Of a stretch of 64,000 nt of DNA, positions 1 through 13,370 are shown piece after piece. The first letter of the stretch is position 1; each line of letters begins with the position of its first letter. The notes under the pieces were generated by a model. It had not been told where the DNA came from and did no database searches. It saw only the letters and a list, made by a program, of their open reading frames with translations. The DNA comes from the human T2T-CHM13v2.0 reference genome, Homo sapiens. Location of the stretch: NCBI RefSeq assembly GCF_009914755.1, contig NC_060926.1, one strand, 5' to 3'. The translations under genes were made by a program, and so were the position numbers.

Positions 1-1435
1 ATCTAGCACAATTGATGCTTATGATATATCACAGAATGACATAATCCAGTCTAGAACATCTTTGTCTTGATTTTGGTTTTTTAAATGTGAAGCTTAATCT
101 TTCTTAACCTCAGGTTTTATTTAAAGGATAATTATCCTTTGATAATGTTCTGCTCCATGCTAAGTAGCATTTCTTTTCAATGTCCATTCATAAAGAAGCC
201 TAAGAGCAGAATAACTCTGTGGAGGAGATAAATAACATTTCTCCTTTTGGAGAAGGCAAGTAATAGCCCAGGTAGAATCTGTGGAAACCGTTCTTGTTAT
301 TTCTAACTGCAAACCTGGTTTATTACATACTGGGGGAGGACAAATGCTAAAAGACATGAGGAACAGGTAAAGCTTTTTAGGTTCATTATTTACTATGGGC
401 TCTTAAAGAAACGTGCAGTTCACGAGGGCTTATTGGAGCCAGTTTCAGAATTCTGAACGAAGCTTTACCAACAGCTTTCTAATTGAATCTCAAAAGACTA
501 TAATTGTGTTCCACTCTGTAGTCAGCTTCCATTCCATGAGGCTACAGTCGGTTGTAGGTAATCAGATTACTCATGGGTTACTGCCTGCAGCCTGCAGGAG
601 AGTGCCAAGAGTAAGAAGGCAACGTGTTGTAGGGTTAATGAAGCTTAATATGGTGCCAATATCACACTGAGCCATTGCCTACAGAGTGAGAAAGGATTAT
701 ATCCCATGTTAATATGCCATTTGACCCGTGCCAGAGAAGCAGTCTAAATCACTGAATAAGTATGTAAGTCACCACAGAGAAGTGTTTGCAATGCCAGCTC
801 TCATTGCTGTGAAAACAAGTTGTTCCCTAGCTTGTGAATTTTAACTTTGGTGCTCTTTAAAGTACAGTTTCAACATTGGCTCCTAACATCCCTGGAAAGG
901 CCATAAGGGCATACGATTCTCTTAGCTGGAGCCAGTGCAAGGAAACTCACATGCTTTTCTTCAATTTGATCTAAACTTATCTGGAGAATACATCTAAGGT
1001 CAATGTACAGCAATTTCCCAACATCCATCAATGATTTTGATTCTTTGAATTTGCCTTTAACAGATATTTAGGGCATCTTGAGCCTTGGAATTCTTACTAC
1101 TAATTAAGTTTTTGGCCAAATGAAGTCCCAAATTATGCCTCCGCAAAAAGTGAAGAAGACTCAAAGAATTGGTAGAGAAAACAGAAAAGCTCATCTGACA
1201 TGCACTGCAAAACTCAGCCTCCTAATAATGAGAGGAGAAGCACGCTGCAGCATTTCCTTGAATAATGAGACCAATATTCCGAAGTCTTCTTTTCCCTTAC
1301 TTGACATTTTAGGATGAAGAAGAAGGGACTCTCAATGGTATTATGAACGTACTGGGAAACAATTCTATCAGCAAACCTTGATTGTGTTCTTATATTTATA
1401 AGCATTTATGGTAAAAATCTATTCCACACATCAGA

Positions 1436-1474
1436 AAATTCTATAAATTTCTATAAAATTCTATAAAATTTCTA
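1436..1474. repeat. short AT-rich tandem repeat (~10-bp unit AAATTCTATA x ~4)
   Basis: aaaattctataaatttctataaaattctataaaatttcta read directly. Confidence 0.7.
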
Positions 1475-2052
1475 CATGTAAAATTAGGTCATTTAAACAT
1501 TTTCTACATTATGTCAATCACTAGATTATAGAAGCAAGAGATTAATACAAGGTAAGCAGACACTAGGGGATAGATGTACTATTTTGTGAATATTTTCTTA
1601 CTGCTGCTCCCCTTTATTTCTTGTTTAGAACAGAAAATACATGTGCAGGATAGAAATTTCAAAAGATGCAAAAGGGTATGACTTGAAAAGCAAGAACAGT
1701 TTCCATTTTTACTGTGATCAATGGTTTGTGTATCCTTTCAGAAATATTCTATTTGCACACCTGCAAGTATCTGCTTTTTTATCTGTAAGTTTATGTGTGC
1801 CTATATGTATGTATGTGTGTATATATTTATTTATATTTTTGAGGAGTTGACACCTGTTGGGATTTATACATATTAGTTCTTTTTTAAATGAAATAACTTA
1901 CATAAAATAAAAAGCATTAAAAAACCTCAAAAGTACCATTTGATGATGTTTTATATAATATACAGTCATGTAACTAGATTATTTCCAGGTCCCATAAAGT
2001 TTCCTTTTGCCTCTTTTGATCAATAGTTCTCAAAAAACTCCATATGAATGGC

Positions 2053-2464
2053 TGACATTGTTTGAACAAATGTCCCTGCCAAATCTCATGTTAAATTGTA
2101 ATTTCCAGTGTTGGAGGTGGGGCCTTGTAGGAGGTGCTGGGGTCATGGGGGTGGATCCCTCATGGCTTGGTGCTAAACTCACAAAAGTCAGTGCGTTCTC
2201 CTGAAATCTGGTTGTTGTAAAGTTTGCCACCTGACTCTCACCCCTGCTCTCTCTCTCTTGCTCCCGCTCCTGCCATGTGAGATGCCTGCTCCCCCTTTGC
2301 CTTCCACCATGATTGTAAGCCTCCTGAGACCCTTACCAGAAGCTGAGAAGATGCTGGTGCTAGGCTTCCTATACAATCTGCAGAATCATAGGCCAATTAA
2401 ACCTCTTTTCTTATAAATTACCTAGTTTCAGGTATTTATAACAATGCAAGAATGGACTGACACA
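2053..2464 (+). mobile_element. MST-family (MSTB-like) MaLR solo LTR
   Basis: TG...CA ends; aaatctcatgttaaattgtaat, ccttccaccatgattgtaagc, caattaaacctcttttcttataaattac; degraded 5-bp TSD atggc/gtagc. Confidence 0.85.
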
Positions 2465-3016
2465 GTAGCATAACCTAGGATGCACATTTTTATCTCTTTT
2501 TTTATTCAACATGTCTATAAAATTTATTCATGCCCTTGTGTGAACAGTGGTGTATTTTCTGTTAGCGTGTAAATTTTTATTACATGTTTATCCTAAAATC
2601 AGTTGAGCTTTTGATTATTTATAGACTACTGCTGTGATGAATAAAACTACTATAGACATTATTTACAAGTCTCTGGGTAGACATCAACAATCATTTCTAT
2701 TGGTTAATACCCAGAACTGAAATTACAGGTTGTGAGGTATATGTATGTTCAACTTAGTAGATATTGCCAAACAATTTTCCAAAGTGATTATAACAATAAA
2801 CATCAAACCAGCACTAGATAAAGGCTCCAATTGTCCCACATCCTTGCCAAGACTTGGTGTTGTTAGTTCTTTTAATTTTAGCTGTCTTGATGGGTATCTC
2901 TTTGTAGTTTTAATTTGTATTTCCCTGATAATAAATAGTGCTGAGCAACTTTTTACATTGATTAAATATTTGAGTATCTTCTTTTGTGGAGTACCTATAT
3001 AAATATTTGTCCAATC

Positions 3017-3929
3017 CAAAGGGCTAATATCCAGAATCTACAATGAACTCAAACAAATTTACAAGAAAAAAACAAACAACCCCATCAAAAAGTGGGCGAA
3101 GGACATGAACAGATACTTCTCAAAAGAAGACATTTATGCAGCCAAAAAACACAGGAAAAAATGCTCACCATCACTGGCCATCAGAGAAATGCAAGTCAAA
3201 ACCACAATGAGATACCATCTCACACCAGTTAGAATGGCAATCATTAAAAAGTCAGGAAACAACAGGTGCTGGAGAGGATGTGGAGAAATAGTAACACTTT
3301 TACACTGTTGGTGGGACTGTAAACTAGTTCAACCATTGTGGAAGTCAGTGTGGCGATTCCTCAGGGATCTAGAACTAGAAATACCATTTGACCCAGACAT
3401 CCCATTACTGGGTGTATACCTAAGGATTATAAATCATGCTGCTATAAAGACACATGTACACGTATGTTTATTGCGGCACTATTCACAATAGCAAAGACTT
3501 GGAACCAACCCAAATGTCTAACAATGATAGACTGGATTAAGAAAATGTGGCACATATACACCATGGAATACTATGCAGCCATAAAAAATGATGAGTTCAT
3601 GTCCTTTGTAGGGACATGGATGAAATTGGAAATCATCATTCTCAGTAAACTATCGCAAGAACAAAAAACCAAACACCACATATTCTCACTCATAGGTGGC
3701 AATTGAACAATGAGAACACATGGACACAGGAAGGGGAACATCACACTCTGGGGCCTGTTGTGGGGTGGGGGGAGGGGGGAGGGATAGCATTGGGAGATAT
3801 ACCTAATGCTAGATGACGAGTTAGTGGGTGCAGCGCACCAGCATGGCACATGTTTACATACGTAATAACCTGCACATTGTGCACATGTACCCTAAAACTT
3901 AAAGTATAATAATAATTAAAAATATATAT
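3017..3929 (+). mobile_element. 5'-truncated young LINE-1 (L1PA2-like) 3' end
   Basis: ORF2 C-terminus (CWRGCGE...HCWWDC) and 3'UTR ctagatgacGAGttagtgggtgcagcgcaccagc; 12-bp TSD atatttgtccaa at 3003-3014 and 3930-3941. Confidence 0.93.
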
Positions 3930-4114
3930 ATATTTGTCCAACCAAAAAAGGGGTCCCCTGTATTTTTTCTTATTTATTTATAGGAACACATTATATATTC
4001 TACTTATAAGCCCATGGTAAAGTATATGTGTAGCAAACACCTTCATCCAGTCTGTAGCTTACCTTTTAACTGAATTTTGTCCTTTGATAAACAAAACTTA
4101 GTCATTGCAAATAA

Positions 4115-7100
4115 CACTTATTGAGGTACAATAATCTGCACATAAAAAATGTACAATTTGATAAACTTTGATATATTTTAACACTAATGAAGCCATAAGT
4201 ACAATCAAAATAATAAACCCATCCATCACTCCCAAAAGTTTCCTGGTAGTTCTTTGTAAACCATCCTTCCCTCCTGTAACCCACATCCACAGGCAAATAC
4301 TGATGTGCTTCCTCTCACAATAGTTTATATTTTCTAGAATATTATATAAATGGAACAGTAGAGTGTGTACTCCTTTATGTTTGGCTTCTGTCACCTATCA
4401 CAATTACTTTGAGATTCAACCATGTTAATGCATGTAAAAATTGTTCTTTTGCTATTATGGCTGAGTAGTATTCCACATTATGCATACACTACCATTTGTT
4501 TAATCATTCACCTGTTGATGGACATTTAGGTTGTTTTCAGTTTCTGACTATGAACATTCATGAACAAGTCTTTGTGGACATATGTTCTCATTCATGATGG
4601 TTAACATCTAGGAATAGAATGGCTGGGTTATATGGCATATTTTAACTTTAGAAAAAAGGCAACCTGTTTTCCAAAGTAGTTATGCCATTTCATATTCCTA
4701 GAACTGGTGTATACAAGTTCCAGTTGCTCCACAGCCATGCCAACATACAATATGGTCAATCTTTTCACAGTTTTAGCCTTTCTAATGAGTATGAAGGAAT
4801 ATCTCAGTAGGACTTAATTTGCATTTTCTAATGACAATTGATGTTGAGCACATATTCATGTTCTTATTTGCCATCTGTATATTTGGTGAAGGGTCTGTTT
4901 AAATATGTTGTCCATTTTTAAATGAGTTATCTGTGTTTTTATTATCAACTTCTGAGTTCTTTGCATATTCTAGAAACAAGTCCTTTGTCAGATATATGAT
5001 TTGCTAGTATTTTGTCCCAGTCTGTTGCCTGCTGTTTCATTTTTCATAACAGGGGTTTTAAAATAACAAAAGTTTTAAACTTGCTTAAGATAAATTTATT
5101 GATTTTATTATTTAATAGTTCATGCTCTTTGCATTATATTTAAGAAATTTTTGCCAAACCCAAGATCTTTAAGATATTTTCCAATGTTTCATTCCAGTAA
5201 TTGTATATGTAAGCTCTTACATTTTGGTATATGATCCAATTCAAGTTAATTATGGTATGGTATGTGGTGTGAAGTAAGGTCCAAGGTGGTTTTGTAGGGG
5301 AGGGTTATTTTTGTTTTTTGTTTTCTACATCTGTCAGGTTGTTCTAATTGTTGAAGAGAATGCTAATTTCCCCCCAATTAAATTGCTTTTGTTCCTTTGT
5401 AAAAAGTCAATTGACTGTATGTGTGATCCTATTTTGAGTATTTTATCCAGTTCTAATGATCCATACTTGCATACTTTAGCTTTCTAACAAGTCTTGAAAT
5501 CAAATAGTGTTTAAGTTATTCAACTTTATTCTTCTTTTTCAAAGTTGTTTTGGCTATTCTAGGTCTTTTGTAATTTTACATAAATTTTAAAATCATTTTG
5601 TGATTTCTACAAAAAAATAGCTTGAATAGTTTTGACTGGGATCATATTAAAGCTACAGATGAATACGGATAAAGTTGCCATGTTAACATTATTGAGTCTA
5701 CTCATTGATTAACAAGGTACATATCTTTAACTAATTCAGTTAGCTCATCCTTAATTCTCTCAGCAGTATTTTGTACTTCTTAGTGTAGAGTTCATTCACA
5801 TTTTTGCCAGATTTAAACCTAGAACTTCCTATTTTTGATGCTACTATCAATGGTATTTTCAAAATTTAAATACCTGATTGCTTGTTACCAGTATACAGAA
5901 AAATAATATATTTTCTATAATGGCCTAGTATCCTGTGATTCTGCGAACTCTATTCATTCTAGTTGCATTTCCGATTCATTCCATAAGATTTTCCTTATAC
6001 ACAATTACGCCATTACAAGTAAATAATGCTTTTCTTTTTCTTTTTCAATCAGGATGCGTTTAAATTCTTTTTATTGCCTTATTATACTTGTTAGACCCTC
6101 CTGTACAGTGTTGAATAGAAATTATGGGAGTGGACATCCTTGCTTCGGTCCTAGTCTTAGGGGGAAACATTCAGTTTTCCACCACTAAAATGATATCGAC
6201 TATTGGGTTTTTCATAGAGGCTTTTCATCAGCTTGAGAGAATTTCTATTTGCACTTTTCAGAATTAAAAAAATGATTGTATATTGTGGAATGCCTTTCTA
6301 CACCTATTTAGATGACCATACAGCATTTCTTTTTTAGTCTATTACTATGATGAATTACACAGATTGATTTTCAAATGTTTAGCCAAACTTGCATCCCTAG
6401 AATAAATAGTATTTGGTCATGATGTATTATTATTTTATGTATTGTTGAATTTGATATAGTAAAAGTTTGTTAAGAATGCAATCATCTGTGTCTATGAGAG
6501 ATATTGGTCTGTAATTCTTTCTTTGTTATGTCTTTTTCTGTCTTTTGTTTGTTTTTATCAAGATAGTGCTAGCTTCATAAAGTAAATTGGGAAAGCTTTT
6601 TACCCCTCCAGTTTCTTGAAAGAGTTTGTGGATTTAGTAATATTCCATTATTAATTATTCTGTATAATTCACTACTGAAACCATAAAGACTTGGAGCGTT
6701 ATTTGTGTGCATATTTTTACTTAAAAATTCACCTTCTTTAATGGATTTAGGACTATTCAGGTTACCTACTTCTTTTCTGAGTGAGCTTTGGTTAATATGT
6801 GCCCTTCAAGATATGTGTTTGCTTCTTCTAAGTTATTAAATGTACGAACATAAAGTTTGCGTGGTATTTCTTTATGGTCTTTTGATTTCTATAAGGTGTG
6901 TAGAGACTACCATGTTTTCATTTTTGATCTTGGCAATTTTTATCTTTTTTTTTCTTTCCTGATCATTCTGGCTAGAGGGTTTATCAATCTTATTGATCCT
7001 ATAAAGAGTAACTTGGGATATCATTGTTTTTGTCTGTCTTCTGTTTGTTTTCTAGTTTGTTGATTTATGCTCTTTTTTCTAATTTCCTTTTTTGTGCTTA

Positions 7101-7915
7101 CTTTGGGTTTAATTTGTTCTTTTTTCCTAGTTTCTTGTGGAACAAGCTTAGATCTTCAGATTAAGACCTTTCTTCTTTTGTAACATAGGCATATAATGCT
7201 AGAAAAGTTTTCTCTAAGTTTTAGCTGCATCTCACAAATTTTCATATATCACACTATCATTTCTGTTCAGTTAAAAATAGGTTCTAATTTTCCTTTCGTT
7301 TTGTTCTTAATTCTGTAGGTATTTAGAAGTGTGTTGTTTATTTTACAAATAAATACTTGGGGAATTTTTCTGATATCATACTCTTCTGGATTTATAACTT
7401 AATTCCATTGTGATTAGAGACTATACTTTGTACTACTTAAAAGGTTGTTTTTTTTTTTAAATTTACTGAGTCATGTCTTAATGGTCCAGAATGTGATATA
7501 TCTTGAAAAAAGTTTTGTATGCATTTGGAAAAGATGTATATTCTGCTGCTATTGGGTAGAATGGTCTATAAATGTCAATTAGGTCAAGTTGGTTGATAAT
7601 GCTGTTTGTGTTCTCAATATCTTTACTAATTTTCTGTCTACTTGCATTTTAACAATTATTAAGAGGGTTTGAAACTTTCCAACTATAACTGTAGATATGT
7701 TTATTTCTCTTTGCAGTTCTACCAAATATTCTACTAAATGTTTTGTAACTGTGTTATTATTAGATATACAAAATATTAGAATTTGTCCTCTTGATAAGTT
7801 GACCCATTTATAATTATTAAATGACTTATCTTGTTCCTGGAAATATTTTTTGCCTTGAGACATATTTTGTCTGATATTAATATAGATATTCCAATTTTCT
7901 TTTCATTAGTATGCC
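4115..7915 (-). mobile_element. old L1MB-type LINE-1, 3'UTR and most of ORF2, degenerate
   Basis: continuous antisense L1 motifs (ttattgaggtacaat, cattcacctgttgatggacatttagg, agtggacatccttg); boundaries approximate. Confidence 0.8.
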
Positions 7916-7932
7916 ATGTCAATTTTTTCCAA

Positions 7933-7986
7933 CCAGAGATTGACAATGACTTTCTACAAAGAGCCAGATAGTAAATATTTTTAGCT
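7933..7986 (+). mobile_element. MER58-like hAT-Charlie terminal fragment
   Basis: tttctacaaagagccagatagtaaatattttta resembles the MER58 end. Confidence 0.55.
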
Positions 7987-8964
7987 GTTTCTGTTTCTCT
8001 AGCTTCACTGGCTGGCTAAGTTTCTGGGTATAGCAAATGCATCTACCAGTGATATTTTTAAGGGGTACATTTTTTATTTGTGTGTGCATGTGGTAGGGAG
8101 TTCCAGGTTTTATAGCAAGAAGTGGCAGTATCTCTTCCCTTCTTTCAGTGTGGATATGGCCTCAATCAGAATTCTTCCACATCTCCTTTACCAACATCCC
8201 ACAATATATCTCATATTATCCTACTGTTGGAGTCCTCTTTTTCAGTGATGGTGCACCAGCAAGATAGTTCAACATTCCACATGTCCATGTTACCCAACCT
8301 TTCCAGGATAAACACTAGAGAACTATCTCACTGCCATTCTCTCTCCCCAGTTGTCTGCCTCTCTCCAAAACTCTTCTGCTCTCACTTACATGGGTACAGA
8401 GGGCAGGTCAGAAACTCCTTTGCATAAGCAGATTGCCCAGTTCAAGAAAACATGCCAATCATCCTTCTTGCTTGCCACTCAATGTTTAAAAGCAAATCTT
8501 TTTGAGTCCTTCTCATTTGGAATGGGAAAGGGATTTGGGATTTAAGAAGCGATCCTCTTCTTTCTCCCATAGGAAAGAAGAAAAAATGTCCAATATTTTA
8601 CTTCTAACTTTATGACTCAAGGCTGTCAATTTTTTTTATGCCTGCCCAAACCCTCCCAATCATTGCCATATAAGGGGAAGTTGGCTAGCATAGCAGAGTC
8701 ATTTAGCTTTTAGTAGATAAGCCCTCAGAAGGATATAATCCAAATTGTTTTCAGCTCTATTCTGAATGTGGAAGAATTAAAGCCCCTTCATTCTCAGCTT
8801 TACATCCTAGTTACAAATTTTGAGGCAAGAAGAGAAGTTTCAAGTGACATACTTAAAAAACACAACAAAATAATAACAGTTGCATACTATGCACTCACCT
8901 CTGTGCCTTCTTTTAATACTATATGTTGAAGACTGCTCTGGACCAGTTCATGTATATCAGCCCC

Positions 8965-9677
8965 TGTTAGTTACCTACAGCTGTAAAAAAAGTTATCCCC
9001 GACTTAATGGCATCAAAGAACATCACTTATTATTTTTATCTCTTTCAGTTCCAGAGATTGACAGGACTCAACTAGATGGTTCTTTCTTGAGGCCTCTTAT
9101 GTCTCTCTCAGATGGTAACTATGACTAGAGTCATCCTGAATGTTTTCTTACTCACTTGCCTGGTGGGCCATATTAGTTGTTAACTGAGAGTTAAGCTGGA
9201 GTGATCAGCTAGAATATCTACAAATGACTTCTCTGAATGGCCTGAATTTCCTTACAACATGGCACGAGTTGGATTCCAAGAGCAAGTATCTCAAGAGAGA
9301 CTTCGAACAAAGGAGTGACCTAGCCTTGAAAATCTTGCAACTCACCCTGCAACTTTCTATTTGTTAGAAATGAGTCATTAAGCCTGGCCATTTTTAAGGA
9401 AAAGAAAATTAGGTCCACCTTCTGGACCAAGATTATTTACATTATCCCACATGCAAAATTCACTTGCTTCTTGTAAAATCTAATCTATCAGACCTTCAGT
9501 CTCAAGAGTAATATCTAGGATGTTACCTAAACTGGATTCAAGTGACCTTAAGTATGTTTTCTCAGGTGCTGGATCTGAATACATGTGAACTAAGAAATAA
9601 ACTGTGTACCTCTCACACACCAAAAATACAGTGGTGGGAGAGACATAAGATATATGCTCCTGTATCAAAAAAAAAAA

Positions 9678-9708
<31 letters not shown>

Positions 9709-11530
9709 GGAAAACAAAAGAAAAAGAAAAAAAAGAAAGAAAAAGGAAAATGGGAAATGCATAATAGTCACGATCAATTGTAATTTTGAAATCCAGCCAA
9801 GCACATATTCCCAGCTCCCTTGACCAGGGCTTATTCCTAGTGCCTTGTAATGATTCTCCACGGCTCCTTGTTCCATCTTCTGGGTCTTGGTTCCACCCTT
9901 TGAATTGTCTCCCTTTCACCTAAAACATAACTTATTATTACAGCTGAATATTTTCTTCACTTGTTTCCCTCCCAAGAAGTTTGGGGGCACCGAGTTCTCT
10001 TTTCATTTCTCATTGTTACTTTTCCTTTTAGTCCATGCTGGCAGTGTTTCTGTTAGTACTATTATCTTAAAATTTTTATGGATTTTCTATGAATCCCTTT
10101 TAGGGTTCACTCCATTTAGCAAAAACCATTTGTACAAATAGTTTTGATGTAACTTTTCTCTACTTTGAGCTCCTGGTAACGTTTTTAGGGGACAGTGCCC
10201 TAAAATTATTACAAGCCCTAATTTTTAATGAAAAGAAAGATACTGTAGTGCATGGTCTTAAAATTCTTAGATAGCCTTTTTATCTGTCTGAAAAGGTGTA
10301 TGAGGCACCACCTTAAATCTTTCTGAAGTCTTAGAAAGTGTTTTAAAGTCATTTTTAGATCGTGTTTTCCTGACAGTGCCCTGGATTTGATCTTTGCCTG
10401 AAAGCTATTTCCTAATTTGAGAATAGTTTACCATCTGGAGAGGTTGGGAATGAGAAACTGTTTTATTTCAAAACCCAAGTCCTGGCTTCTTTATATTTAA
10501 CAGTTTATTTTTAAGCTCTTATTTCTTTGGTTCTTTACTCATTTTATTATAGGCAGCTAGAAGAAATCAGGAGAATCTTCAACACCATGCCTAGAAATCT
10601 GCTTAAACAGATCATCCAGTTCATTAACTACATTTATTTTCCAAATTATAATGGGTGACAGTGTTGCTAAACTTCCCACCACTACATAACAAGGGTCTCT
10701 TTTCCATCTTGGAACAAGGGTTCCAAGAGTAAGTATGTGGAGAGAGAGCCAGGCTGAAGCAGCACTGCCATTTAGGACTTCATCTCAGAATTTATGGAGC
10801 ATCACTTCCACCGCATTTTATTACTATTCAAAGGAAAAGGACTTAGACTTTCCTCCAGCTACTAATAACTGTTTACTCGCTTGTATTTAAATTCTCACTG
10901 ACAAATTCCTCAAGACCCTTTAAACTATACCAACAAACTTTAGCCTCTTCCAACTATTGCTTATGTCTTATTTCCAAAGTTAATACCCCATGTTTTTGGT
11001 CTAGTTATGGCATTTTCCTATGTGGCACTAAAATATTTTCTGGTTATCTATAGTGGCATAGCAATCTACTCCAAACTTAGCCTCCTATGTGAGCAACAGT
11101 CATCTATTGGTGTTATCTTTTAGGGTTCTGAGGGGTGCCTGGTCTCAGCTAGTTATTTCTCACAGGGGTCTCTCATAGGTTGCAGTCACATAGTGTCTGG
11201 GGCAGAAGCTATCTCAAAGGCTTCCTCACATGCCTGGTGGTTAATGCTGGTTGCTGCCTGGGACTTCAGCTAGCAGCTATATCTTAGAACATCTACCTGA
11301 CTCCTCTTCATGTGTTCAAAGATTTTGTCTTTGAAGTATGGTGTCCCAAGAGGGAGCAAGTGTCCCAACAGGGAGTCAGGTTGAGCTACTACTTTTCAGA
11401 CCCTCATCTCAGAATTCACAGAGCAGCACTTCTACTGCATTCCATTTTCATTCAAAGGTAAAGGAATTAGACTCTGCCACTGATCGGAATGGCATGAAAG
11501 AATTTGCAGATGTGTTTTGAAACTTCTGCA
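8965..11530 (-). mobile_element. MLT1 (G/H-like) MaLR provirus: LTR ~8965-9425, internal ~9430-11035, LTR ~11036-11530
   Basis: two homologous LTRs (ttagttacct...cttaatggc and ggttatctatagtggcatagc...ccaaacttag) around MLT1-int motifs; 5-bp TSD gcccc (8960-8964) / gtccc (11531-11535). Confidence 0.75.
9667..9750 (+). repeat. poly(A)/(GAAAA)n low-complexity tract
   Basis: long A run followed by gaaaa-type units. Confidence 0.9.
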
Positions 11531-13229
11531 GTCCCTTTCTCCTTAATGACTATGTGGATATATCATATTTTTAGTAATGTTACATTTTTAAATTTTGTAA
11601 ATTTTAATAAAATTAAAAAACAAGAAGATGAAGAAGAAAACTGGAATGTTTTAATAGTCTCAGGAAGAACTTCTTAGTTAATCTTCAATAAAATGCCAAG
11701 GGAGCACATCTATATTCATACAACTGCAACAGAACACTAATTAAGAGATGGAATGTCACTGACCTAAAAATGTGAAAACACAAGAAAATGTCATTTCATA
11801 TTGCTGTATATAAAGAAGATCCAAACAGGGTGATGATATTTCATGAAATTTCAGAGACCAGGAAAAGGGTTATCGCTTGGTTCACTGCCATCCTTACTGT
11901 AGCAAGTCACATAATATTTTAAGACATTTTCAGAAGGAAGTAAGAAAATGTATGTTACACTTGCATGACTACAGAGAGGAAACCAAGGTGTGGAGATTAG
12001 AGAGAGACAAATCTGGGCTCCATAAAGCTGCTTTTTGTTGGAGCAGGTTTTCTATCATTAAAAGTGTTCATGCAAAATACAGATAAAATTACCTACAGAG
12101 GTTCATTCATTAGCAAAACATTATTTATAACTCAGAGCTTCAGTGATAATATGGTTACATAAGGATAAAGGAAACAATTATGGAATTATAAAGGTTTCCA
12201 ACAAAATGTCTGTGATTTAGTCTATGTAGATTGTCCTCAAAGTATGTCTGACTAGAATTCTACAGCACCTAGGAGATCCCACTGTCTTCTCTGAAGCCCA
12301 TATAGGACCCTAATTAAGTCAGTTACAAGATGACATAAGAAGAACTTTTATCCACTGTCATAGAAACTACCAGAATTAACATAACCAACTGAGAAAAGAG
12401 ACAAACAATGACAGATGTTTCAGTGATTTTGGATAGCTTGCTTTACTAATCCACTAACATACATCTCTATCAGAAATATAGCCAAGAAATAGCTGGGAGA
12501 AGGATGCTCCTACTGAACACATTTCTGGAATAACAGTGCATCTTTTATGCTAATACCTGGATTGATGTGACTTTTTTTTTTTCAATTGATGATGAAAAAA
12601 AGAAGCATTCTGAAATCAAGTTCATCCTCTTCGTGTTAGAACCTGACTACTTCCTTAGGTATTTTTCTATTTTTCTATGCATATTTACCAAGTACCTAGG
12701 GAATACAAAGATGAGTAAGACATTGCCCATTTTCATAGGGAACTGAGAAGCTAATATGAAAAATATAATATCTACATTGACAAGTAACTGTAATACAAAA
12801 AGAAAAGTAGTGGGCGCCACCTGCAATACTTAAAGTAACTATATCTCACTGTAATACAACTTATAATGTAACATTATGACAAACATCCCTTCCAATTTTA
12901 CAATAAAGAGTTGTTTTGTACATACTTTAAGTCCTAATGGATATTTTCTGTAACTAGAAATCAGATACCATAGTCTGAAAAATGCTTTTTGTCTCAGAGA
13001 TGTAAAAGCATCTGGGAGATGTAGTTTAGATGCTGAAAAATTGCATTTTTAGGATAGTCTGTTGGCTTAGAAGAAAATGCAAATGAGTATTTGAAAATGA
13101 GAACAATTGTTTGAAATTGGGATGAAATTATCCAGAAAATCGAGTATGCTATGGTACCTATAACCATCAAAAATATAAAATAAAATGGTAAAGTACTTCA
13201 AAGAAGACACTCATATTCAAAGCACAAAC

Positions 13230-13370
13230 ATAATTTATTGAATGTCTGAAAGGTGCTGGGAGCTGTACTATATGCTTTCAGTTGCCTTCATAATAAATTA
13301 GCTTTCATAATTACGTGTGGGGTAGGTATCGTCATAAATGAAACCAAGAATTCAGAGAAAAGAGAAGTCA
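13230..13370 (-). mobile_element. MIR/L2-like relic
   Basis: atttattgaatg...gctgtactatatgcttt, gtaggtat...atgaaaccaag..tcagaga. Confidence 0.4.

Larger units (their letters stand above)
1878..4097 (-). mobile_element. old L1M (L1MD/L1ME-type) 3' region, interrupted by an MST LTR and an L1PA2 fragment
   Basis: antisense L1 motifs (cacatccttgccaagacttgg, ttaatttgtatttccctgataat); minus ORF 2723-3019 has IIREIQIKTT; boundaries approximate. Confidence 0.7.

Noticed and set aside
413-760. Unique sequence with an 85-aa ORF, possible conserved element
   Set aside because: GTG start, no domain or splice support; conservation cannot be judged from one sequence
9542-9919. Poly-Lys and poly-Phe ORFs
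   Set aside because: Translation of the A/GAAAA low-complexity tract
12860-13165. Possible hAT-Blackjack-like relic (aaattgggat...tccagaaaat...atggtacc)
   Set aside because: Similarity too weak to assign family or ends by eye
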